A DNA stretch of 49,147 bases, from assembly GCA_903900775.1 (NCBI GenBank), contig CAIUOD010000001.1, positions 1 through 49,147 of the forward strand. Reading direction: 5' to 3'. The position numbers were made by a program, and so were the translations under genes. The notes below the pieces were generated by a model that ran no database searches, was not told the origin of the DNA, and saw only the letters and a program-made list of their open reading frames with translations. The stretch comes from Candidatus Adlerbacteria bacterium (lineage in GTDB: Bacteria > Patescibacteriota > Minisyncoccia > Phycocordibacterales > SBAW01). Below are positions 36,329-44,221 of the stretch, in pieces. Positions within the stretch are counted from its first letter, which is position 1, and each line of letters opens with the position of its first letter.

Positions 36329-37495
36329 TTATTTTACCGCCGAAATCGAGAGCCGGCCGTGCGCACGGATACCTTCCGGGTCGGGGGTGACGGGGGCGAG
36401 CGAAAGCTCACGCACGAGCGCGGCAATGGCAATCATCACCGCATTGTCGCCGGTTATAGAGAGTATGGGTAAGCGGATTGCTACATCGGGAAATTCTTTT
36501 TCGATGAGCGCCTGGAGCGACTGCCGAATGTGCGTGTTGGCGGCTACGCCGCCGCCGATGACGAAGGTTTGCGCGCCAGTTTGTTCAATCGCGCGGCGCG
36601 TTTTGGCGACGAGAACATCGGTCACGGCGTCTTCGAATTCACGGGCAAAGGCCGCACGTTCATCATCAGATAATTTCTCGAGGCCTCCCAAGTCGCGCAG
36701 GGCGTAGAGCGCCGCGGTCTTGAGGCCCGAGAACGACATGTCGCAGTCTTTAGTTTGAATCATTGGGCGCGGTAATTTCGCGGCGGGAATAGCTTTTTCT
36801 CGCTGCAGGTCATCAAGGGGATGCTCGAAACCGCTATTCCCGCCGCTCGCCCTCGGCGAGTTTTCTGTTTCGCTCGCACGAGCTAGATTTGCTAGCTTCG
36901 AAATCTCTGGCCCGCCGGGGTAGGGGAGGCCGAGCATACGCGCGACTTTATCGAAGCATTCGCCCACCGCGTCGTCTAGCGTCTGGCCGACGAGTTCATA
37001 TTCAAGCCAATCTTTCATCACCACAAACTCGCTGTGGCCGCCCGAGATAAGCAGGGCCAAGACCGGCAGGGAGACATTTTCTAAAGTGCCATGCCTGCCT
37101 GCGTTGGCGGGCGGCCCATCAAAAGAAACTAAAGAAGAAAGTAGGTGGCCCTCAAGATGGTTGGTGGGGATGAGTGGCAACTTTTGCTCGCGGGCGACCC
37201 GCTTGGCAAACTCGATGCCCGTCCACAGCGCGGGCTCGAGCCCGGGGCCGTGGGTGACCGCGATAGCATTTACTTTTTCATTGGCAAACTGCCGGTAGAG
37301 TATGGGTAGATTTTTTTCATGTTCGCGCTTGGCTAGGTTGGGATACACGCCGCCATATTCGGCATGGAGCGCGGCCTGCGAGTGGAGCGCCGCGTCGAGC
37401 ACCTCAAATTCAAACGCTTGCGCCCCTATTTTTTCTGCCTCGACGAGCGCAATGCCCGTCTCGTCGCAGGAGGTCTCAATGGCTAAAATTTTCAT
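36329..37495 (-). CDS. tsaD: tRNA N6-threonylcarbamoyltransferase
   Basis: MKILAIETSCDET, GPGL, HLEGH, SGGHS, DDAVGE.FDK, SFSGLKT, GGVAAN, DNAVMIA. Confidence 0.97.
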   Translation of the reverse strand: MKILAIETSCDETGIALVEAEKIGAQAFEFEVLDAALHSQAALHAEYGGVYPNLAKREHEKNLPILYRQFANEKVNAIAVTHGPGLEPALWTGIEFAKRVAREQKLPLIPTNHLEGHLLSSLVSFDGPPANAGRHGTLENVSLPVLALLISGGHSEFVVMKDWLEYELVGQTLDDAVGECFDKVARMLGLPYPGGPEISKLANLARASETENSPRASGGNSGFEHPLDDLQREKAIPAAKLPRPMIQTKDCDMSFSGLKTAALYALRDLGGLEKLSDDERAAFAREFEDAVTDVLVAKTRRAIEQTGAQTFVIGGGVAANTHIRQSLQALIEKEFPDVAIRLPILSITGDNAVMIAIAALVRELSLAPVTPDPEGIRAHGRLSISAVK

Positions 37496-37546
37496 AATAA
37501 GAAGTATCCCAACCCTACAATAAATTGGCACATATTAAAAGCAGAA

Positions 37547-37572
37547 AGGGCGACGTCTTGCGACGTCGCCCT
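37547..37572 (-). terminator. Intrinsic terminator
   Basis: 11-bp stem AGGGCGACGTC/GACGTCGCCCT with a 4-nt loop, then TTCTGCTTTT on the minus strand. Confidence 0.8.
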
Positions 37573-37681
37573 ATTTTCGACGACTCTTTCTGACCAGCCA
37601 GGAAAAAATCGCGATGGCGACGACTGCCACCGCGAAGATTTTTATGGCCGTCCAGTCTGCATCAGGCCAATTCGCACTCAT
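37571..37681 (-). CDS. 36-aa single-TM peptide with polybasic tail
   Basis: MSANWPDADWTAIKIFAVAVVAIAIFSWLVRKSRRK*, with SD GAGGTG, its own promoter and a terminator. Confidence 0.65.
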   Translation of the reverse strand: MSANWPDADWTAIKIFAVAVVAIAIFSWLVRKSRRK

Positions 37682-37735
37682 TTTCGTACACCTCGTGTTA
37701 TGGGTTGGGGAATCCCAGCCCTGCATTCAAAAACT

Positions 37736-37763
37736 ATTGTACACCCTATATCAAGTTTGTCAA
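37736..37763 (-). promoter_or_regulatory. Sigma70-type promoter
   Basis: TTGACA-N16-TACAAT on the minus strand. Confidence 0.65.
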
Positions 37764-37836
37764 GTGTTTATGTCAACTCCCCAAAAAAACAGCTCAACGG
37801 AGCCGTGTAGCGAAAAACGAGTGGCTTACCAAACGG

Positions 37837-37909
37837 TGCGCGGTGCAGGATTCGGACCTGCGACCCTTCCCACGTCAAGGGAATGCTCTACCAACTGAGC
37901 TAACCGCGC
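37837..37909 (-). tRNA. tRNA-Val(GAC)
   Basis: GCGCGGT acceptor, TTCCC-TTGACGT-GGGAA anticodon arm; T-loop reads TCCGAAT. Confidence 0.9.
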
Positions 37910-37921
37910 GGCAAATAAACC

Positions 37922-38563
37922 TTACACCCGCTCGTGACGAAATTCAACGTACGAGTAGATGACCGTCGTGAGAATTGTTATGCCCAAAGGGAAGATAATC
38001 AGCGCGAAGAGGAGGCTCGGCGCGAAGGCGGCCGCGAGGCAGCACAGCGCGCAGAAGTAGATGAGCCACGAACCCAGAATGTGCGTCTTGCGCCAGACCT
38101 CGTCGCTCGCGAGCGTCCATGGCGTACGAATGCCGACAAAGAAGTTACGCTCCGAATTTTTCGTCACCGCGGCAATGGCGGCCAAAAGCACGGCGAGCGC
38201 CGGGGCCAAAGCCTGTGCCAGATTAAAGTGATGCCCGAGCGCTGTCAGCATAATGAGCACGAATTCGTAGAGAAAGAACGCCTGCAGGGTGAGAAAGAGC
38301 GCGTTGTAGCCCGAGCGGAATTTCTCCAGGTTGTCTTGGAGAGGCTCCATGAAGGGGATCGCTGCCCACAGGAGGAAGAGCATTGCCATCACGAACGGCG
38401 AGAGAAAGAGAGCCCAGAATTTTGGTAGCATACCGTCGACCACGCCCTCGGCGTTCCAATGCGAAGGCAATTGTGCGGGGAGGGTGGGATAAAAATGGGC
38501 GCTCGCGACAAACGCAACGGCCAAGCACAGGATCATCGTTATGCCGGTCGTTCGCGTACTCAT
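37922..38563 (-). CDS. SdpI/DUF1648-family membrane protein
   Basis: LP.QLPSHWNAEG.VDG and NFFVGIRTPWTLASDEVWRKTH. Confidence 0.9.
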   Translation of the reverse strand: MSTRTTGITMILCLAVAFVASAHFYPTLPAQLPSHWNAEGVVDGMLPKFWALFLSPFVMAMLFLLWAAIPFMEPLQDNLEKFRSGYNALFLTLQAFFLYEFVLIMLTALGHHFNLAQALAPALAVLLAAIAAVTKNSERNFFVGIRTPWTLASDEVWRKTHILGSWLIYFCALCCLAAAFAPSLLFALIIFPLGITILTTVIYSYVEFRHERV

Positions 38564-38667
38564 GTTGTGGGTAAGTATTTCATACTCTGTTAATTTTTGC
38601 GAATTCGGCCAAAAGATGATATTTTAGCCTCCTGGAGAGGTGGCTTCTTGAAGTATGCTCGCCAGAT

Positions 38668-38754
38668 GGAGAGGTGGCTGAGTGGTCGAAGGCACCGGTT
38701 TCGAAAACCGGCATCCGGGAAACTGGATCGAGAGTTCGAATCTCTCCCTCTCCG
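38668..38754 (+). tRNA. tRNA-Ser(CGA)
   Basis: GGAGAGG acceptor, CCGGT-TTCGAAA-ACCGG anticodon arm, long variable arm, GTTCGAATC. Confidence 0.95.
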
Positions 38755-38886
38755 CCCGTAGTCTTTTTTATCGGTAGTATGCCGAGCCCTTATTCCCCAA
38801 CGTTTTTACAGAACGTATTTTTATTATGTCCAGTTTTTTCGGTTCGAATCCCTGAGCTATTTTCGAGGGTGCAGAGATTCGAACCG

Positions 38887-40182
38887 TCAACGATCTTCCA
38901 TCAGGATATCTTCCCAATCTCCGTTAGCATTTTTTCGCCTATTTATTACCTCCGGCGGGAAGCGGGTCCATTTGCCTCTCGTAGTGCTGACCATTCGTTT
39001 GATAACCATTTGATCTGATTCCCCCGATTGAGTGGGCTGAGAACTACCCTCGCTTTTTGCCATTCTTTCCATTTCCTTTATTTTATCCGAGAATTCTTTT
39101 CCAATAGGGCTCTGCGGCTGCGGCGAGGGAGTTTTCCGTTCTCGCCATTTTGGGGACATATACTTATCCCAAAGCCGCGTAACCAAAAAGGAAGTGTCAT
39201 GCGGCGGTGAGTGGGCAAAGACGTATACCCCTCTGGCTTTGGTCTCTTGCGAAAGAGTGGAGTAGTGAGCATCGAGCCTGGCAAAGTCCGCTTTCAGCTC
39301 TTCTCCTGAAATAAAGCTCTGATCATCACGCAGGAACAATGGCGCAAGCAGTTTATGCAATCGGTCATTCGACGTGAACACCATGCAAAAAGGCAAGTAG
39401 TATAGATACGCGACGTCTATCTTATGGCTCGGTCTCCCTCGGCCTATCAAGTCCGCGCCGATACCGAACATGAAGACGAGATCGACGCTTAGTACGTGCG
39501 TTAAGTAGGGCGCAAATTTTCTCAGGGGAGGGCGGCCTGCTGCGTGCCATCGCGCAAGTATTTCTTCTTGATACTTTGGAGTAACGCCGATGGACCCGAG
39601 TCCCGCGATGAGAATCTGTTCCTGGTCTGGATTATCTATAAATCTATCCACCATCGCCTTTACTTCCTCCATCGTTTTTGGTTTCGGATGACCCGCGAAT
39701 CGTATTTGGTAGTGGGTGTATATTTCCTCAAGATCTAGGTGGCTCAATGCTTCTCGCCAACGTTTTGCATGGGACCGCTCCAATTCTAAAAATTGATGAT
39801 CCCGCCACCGCATCAGTGCTTGTTCTTCCGGAGAATCTTCAAAGAAAGCACCTGTCTGTCCGCCTAATTCGACAAACCTCCCGCCACCAATGTGCGGCCG
39901 CCCATATTTCATATCGATTTTCCCTTTCCCCGATAACTCTCCTTCCAACAACGCGTGGTGGTGTACATTTGCTTTCGAATTTAGATCCGGCGTCCTGTAC
40001 GCGAGACTGCCTACAATGTTTTCAGGAGTGCGTCCTGACCGCGCCTTCTTCTCCAAATCGGCGAGCGTCTCAACGAAAAAGAGGGGAGTAATATTTGTGA
40101 GAAAAAACTGGTCAAGCCAGACCGATTCGTCTGGGTTCAGGCTCTCGAGTACCGATTTATCAAAGATAATGACTGGTCCCAC
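38887..40182 (-). CDS. Hypothetical protein with PIN-like nuclease residue pattern
   Basis: IIFDKS...ETLADL...KIDVAYLYY...FTSNDRL. GTG 40182 avoids overlap with the recombinase (ORF-track start 40269). Confidence 0.55.
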   Translation of the reverse strand: MGPVIIFDKSVLESLNPDESVWLDQFFLTNITPLFFVETLADLEKKARSGRTPENIVGSLAYRTPDLNSKANVHHHALLEGELSGKGKIDMKYGRPHIGGGRFVELGGQTGAFFEDSPEEQALMRWRDHQFLELERSHAKRWREALSHLDLEEIYTHYQIRFAGHPKPKTMEEVKAMVDRFIDNPDQEQILIAGLGSIGVTPKYQEEILARWHAAGRPPLRKFAPYLTHVLSVDLVFMFGIGADLIGRGRPSHKIDVAYLYYLPFCMVFTSNDRLHKLLAPLFLRDDQSFISGEELKADFARLDAHYSTLSQETKARGVYVFAHSPPHDTSFLVTRLWDKYMSPKWRERKTPSPQPQSPIGKEFSDKIKEMERMAKSEGSSQPTQSGESDQMVIKRMVSTTRGKWTRFPPEVINRRKNANGDWEDILMEDR

Positions 40183-40217
40183 ATACGGCAGTTTACGTGC
40201 CCGTGCGCTTTCGGCAA

Positions 40218-41549
40218 CTACTCCACCGTCACCACCCCACCCATAACCTTTAACTTCGATCTGAAACATCCCATCAACTCACGCTTCTCCTGGTTAGTAC
40301 CCTCCTTGAGGATATATTTGGCGTAGGTTTTGATATCCACCTCGTCGTGCTTAGCGCTCGGGTCAGAAAGACCGAGCACCGTACGTTGGAACTTATTGTG
40401 GCGTTTTAACTCGTCCTCAAATTTCATCTCCACTCGCAACTGATTGAGGTCTATCTGGTCAATTATTTTAAGCAGTTGCTCAACCAAATCATCCTCGCGC
40501 AGATAGGTATTGCCTTTGCATTGTCGGTCTCGTGTGCGGCCGCAGCCGTAGTAGACGTATCGCGCTGTAGTGCCGTCTTTACGCTCCTTGTACTTCTCCT
40601 CGGCACTGATACATGAGCCGCATTTACCGCAGAGCATAAGCTTGGTGAAGGCGAACTCATGGCTCTCGCGTTGTATATTGCCGCGCTTCAACTGCGCCTG
40701 TACTTTATCGAACATCTCTTTAGTCACGAGCGTCTCGTGCTTGCCTTGATACCAGTTGCCGCTCTTCTTGGGATATTCAAATACTCCATAGTAGAAAGGG
40801 TTTGAGAGGATGCGGTACATATTACCGAGTGCTAGCGGCTTGTTACCCGCCGTCTGGAAATTAATCTCAAATCGAAGCCAGTGATACAGCTTTGGTCCCG
40901 ACCATTGTTCATACGCGACTTTTTCGTACATTTTGCGGATAACCGGGCCGCGCAGGGGATCGACAATTACTTGGCACCTCCTGTCCAACCGCCGCTCGTT
41001 GATGTATCCGGTCAGCGTACTTCCGGGGCGGTAGCCCATTTCGCAACGGGTACGCATGCCACGCCGCACGTTCACACCACGATTGTCGTTTTCAAGCTTT
41101 GCCTGCGAGCCGAGAATCATCAGCAAGAATTTTTCATTCGGATTGTTCCGGAAGGTTTGGCTATACGTGCGGATTTCCTGTAACGCGCCGTTGTCCATAA
41201 GGTCGACGATTCTACCAAGGTCGCCGGCGTTCCTGCTAATGCGATCCGGTGCCCAGGTGAGTATCGCGTTGTACTTGCCACCCCGTATCTCCTCGACAAT
41301 TTCATTAAAGACAGGTCGTTGCCCGGTTTCCTTCGCCGAGTGCGATTCACGCTTCATGGATACGATCTCCAGCCCTTCGCGCTCGGCTAATTGGAGCATC
41401 TCCTTGATCTGCGAGTCGATAGAGAGGATCTGCCGCTCCTCCGACTCGGTACTTTTGCGGGCATAAAGGCAGAAGCGCAAGGGGATTACCTTCTTCTCCG
41501 CGCGCCCTATTTGGCCTCCGGGCAGGCCTGTTTGGGTTGCTATTTCCAT
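40218..41549 (-). CDS. Large serine recombinase (resolvase, recombinase and Zn-ribbon domains)
   Basis: YARKS catalytic Ser, RPVF, DRISRN, NPFYYG, CGKCG...YYGC...C. Confidence 0.93.
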   Translation of the reverse strand: MEIATQTGLPGGQIGRAEKKVIPLRFCLYARKSTESEERQILSIDSQIKEMLQLAEREGLEIVSMKRESHSAKETGQRPVFNEIVEEIRGGKYNAILTWAPDRISRNAGDLGRIVDLMDNGALQEIRTYSQTFRNNPNEKFLLMILGSQAKLENDNRGVNVRRGMRTRCEMGYRPGSTLTGYINERRLDRRCQVIVDPLRGPVIRKMYEKVAYEQWSGPKLYHWLRFEINFQTAGNKPLALGNMYRILSNPFYYGVFEYPKKSGNWYQGKHETLVTKEMFDKVQAQLKRGNIQRESHEFAFTKLMLCGKCGSCISAEEKYKERKDGTTARYVYYGCGRTRDRQCKGNTYLREDDLVEQLLKIIDQIDLNQLRVEMKFEDELKRHNKFQRTVLGLSDPSAKHDEVDIKTYAKYILKEGTNQEKRELMGCFRSKLKVMGGVVTVE

Positions 41550-41661
41550 ACCCTAATCAATGACGCCAAGCCCCTAAGGAGTCCAGCACTTCGCTGAGGT
41601 CTTGGAGTTGGTAACTGTGGCTTCAAAAAGCCGAAAAAAGTGCTACAGTAAGGCCACAATT

Positions 41662-44217
41662 ATGCAACAAAAGGAGGCGAGAGCGAGGATTAAAATCAAT
41701 AAACTCCTTGAAGCTTCAGGGTGGCGATTTGAAGCGGACAAAGAAGGCCCAATAAATATTCAACTTGAGCCGGGGGTAATAATGTCTGAACTTGGTGAAG
41801 ACTTCGAGCATACTTCAAAAGGCTATATTGATTTTTTACTATTAGACAAAGACGGCCGCGCTCTTGTAGTAGTAGAGGCAAAAAAAGAATCCATAGATCC
41901 GCTTTCAGCCAAAGAACAGGCCCGGAACTATGCGAGGAACGTAGGGGCTCGTTTTGTGATTCTTTCAAACGGCAATATCCACTATCTTTGGGATACCAAA
42001 CACGGCAATCCGGATATCATTTCGCGCTTTCCCACACAGAATTCAATTACTCAATACGAAAAATATGCTCCGAATCCCGCCGAGCTTGCACAAACCGTTG
42101 TCGATGAAAACTATATTGTCTCTACACAAATCCCAACGTTTGCGACAGATCCATTATTTCAAAATGCGGCAACAAGAGGCGAATTCTTAAAAAATAATAA
42201 ACTAAAACAGCTTCGACCTTACCAAATACAAGCAATCAAAGCACTCCAGGAATCAGCGAAAGAAGGGAGGCAAAGATTTTTGTTTGAGATGGCGACGGGA
42301 ACAGGCAAAACTCTTATTTCCGCTGCAGTTATAAAATTATTTCTTAAATCTGGTAATGCGCGCCGAGTCCTCTTCCTTGTTGACCGTCTTGAGCTTGAAG
42401 ACCAAGCGCAAAAGGCGTTCATTCAGTATCTAGGCCATGATTTCCGAAGTGTTATATACAAAGACAGTCGTGATTCGTGGGCAAATGCCAGTATCGTCGT
42501 TTCCACGATTCAAACTTTTCTCGCCGGTGATCGCTATAAAAAAGAATTTTCGCCAACAGATTTTGAACTAGTTATTTCAGATGAAGCTCACCGTTCTATC
42601 GGGGGTAATAGCCGTGCCGTTTTTGAATACTTTGTCGGCTACAAACTCGGACTTACAGCCACACCAAAAAATTATTTGAGAGGATTTGACGCCGAGGGAG
42701 CAGACTCTCAGAGAGAATATGAGCGGCGACTTTTGATTGACACTTACAAAACATTTGGATGCGAACCCGGGAACCCTACTTTCTCCTATGACTTAGAGCA
42801 AGGTGCGAAAGAAGGTTATCTTATTAAACCCACTCTCGTTGATGCGCGAACCGAAATCACCACGGAACTTTTGTCGGAAAAAGGGTATGCGGTCCATACG
42901 CTAACGGAAAGTGGCGAAACTATCGACGAAACCTTTAATGAGCGTCACTTCGAGCACAAAATCTTCAATGAAGAGACCAACGTCGCCATGTGTAAGGCGC
43001 TTATAGATAACGGCCTCTATGATCCTGTGGCCAAACAGCTCGGTGTGGATCTTTTCGGAAAGACCATTGTATTCGCTGTATCCCAAAAACATGCCGCTCG
43101 ACTGACAAATATTCTCAACAAGATCGCTTTTCAAAAATGGCCTCAACAATACAGCGAATCAAATTTCTCTATGCAAGTCTCTTCGCAAGTGGCAAGCGCT
43201 CAGCAGATGACCATTAACTTCGCTAACAACCGTCTTGGCGGCCAAACGAGCAATCCGGAAGGGTATGATTCAAGCAAAACTCGCGTTGCTGTCACGGTTG
43301 GCATGATGACTACCGGCTACGACTGCCAAGACTTGCTTAACATAGCGCTTATGCGTCCAGTTTTTTCTCCAACTGATTTTGTCCAGATAAAAGGGCGTGG
43401 AACCAGAAAGTGGCAGTTTGAATTTAACGATTATAAAAATGATCCTATCGTTGAACCGAAAGAAAAGTTCAAGTTTTTCGACTTCTTTGCTACTTGTGAA
43501 TATTTTGAGAAAGATTTTGATTATGACGAAAAAATAAAACTCCCACCAATTGGTGGGGGTGTAACTACGGATCCACCCGGCCCTGGAGGTGGTGGTCCAG
43601 GTACCGGCGGTCCTGGTGATCCGCCGCCAGTCGGATTAAAAGGTCCGATTGACCTCGCCACTTCAGATGAAATAGCCACTATTTCCGAGACGCCCGATGG
43701 TGTAATTATGCGTATTGATCGCGAGGGCTTCAAGCGGGCAGTGGAGGAAGACGTGCTCGGCAATGAGACTCTCAAAAACATGTGGAATAATGGTGATACC
43801 GAAGAAGCCGAAGATTTTGCGAAGAAGAATATTTTTGATAAGCCAAAATACTTCCTCAACCTCGATAAGATCAAAAAGATTTTCGGCGTGGACCGCAGGA
43901 TTACCGTAAAAGAATTTCTAGAAGTGGCCTTTGGTGAAAAGGAGACTTTTGAAATGAAAGATAACCTTCTGGAATCGGAATGGGAAAAGTTTATGGAGGT
44001 AAATCCGGTCGATCAGGCACACTATCAGCCCGCGAAAAATTATTTTAAGGCTTATATTGTAGACGAAGAAGTGCGGGATATAGTTAAGCGCAACCAGCCA
44101 GCAGACTTCTATCATTGCGCTTCCTTTGATTTTGAGGATTACCAGAAACTTAACGGCTATAAGACCATAGTCCCGCAATACATTCGCGACTATGCCTACC
44201 ACCTAACTAATCTATAG
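41662..44217 (+). CDS. hsdR: Type I restriction enzyme R subunit (EcoAI/EcoEI-like)
   Basis: Nuclease ID...VEAKK, Walker A MATGTGKT, DEAH, GLTATP, QIKGRGTR. ATG 41662 preferred. Confidence 0.88.
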   Translation: MQQKEARARIKINKLLEASGWRFEADKEGPINIQLEPGVIMSELGEDFEHTSKGYIDFLLLDKDGRALVVVEAKKESIDPLSAKEQARNYARNVGARFVILSNGNIHYLWDTKHGNPDIISRFPTQNSITQYEKYAPNPAELAQTVVDENYIVSTQIPTFATDPLFQNAATRGEFLKNNKLKQLRPYQIQAIKALQESAKEGRQRFLFEMATGTGKTLISAAVIKLFLKSGNARRVLFLVDRLELEDQAQKAFIQYLGHDFRSVIYKDSRDSWANASIVVSTIQTFLAGDRYKKEFSPTDFELVISDEAHRSIGGNSRAVFEYFVGYKLGLTATPKNYLRGFDAEGADSQREYERRLLIDTYKTFGCEPGNPTFSYDLEQGAKEGYLIKPTLVDARTEITTELLSEKGYAVHTLTESGETIDETFNERHFEHKIFNEETNVAMCKALIDNGLYDPVAKQLGVDLFGKTIVFAVSQKHAARLTNILNKIAFQKWPQQYSESNFSMQVSSQVASAQQMTINFANNRLGGQTSNPEGYDSSKTRVAVTVGMMTTGYDCQDLLNIALMRPVFSPTDFVQIKGRGTRKWQFEFNDYKNDPIVEPKEKFKFFDFFATCEYFEKDFDYDEKIKLPPIGGGVTTDPPGPGGGGPGTGGPGDPPPVGLKGPIDLATSDEIATISETPDGVIMRIDREGFKRAVEEDVLGNETLKNMWNNGDTEEAEDFAKKNIFDKPKYFLNLDKIKKIFGVDRRITVKEFLEVAFGEKETFEMKDNLLESEWEKFMEVNPVDQAHYQPAKNYFKAYIVDEEVRDIVKRNQPADFYHCASFDFEDYQKLNGYKTIVPQYIRDYAYHLTNL

Positions 44218-44221
44218 AACC

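Noticed and set aside
40183-40269. N-terminal extension of the 460-aa ORF overlapping the recombinase
   Set aside because: The extension is low-complexity shadow sequence; GTG 40182 gives a non-overlapping start right at the first predicted beta-strand.
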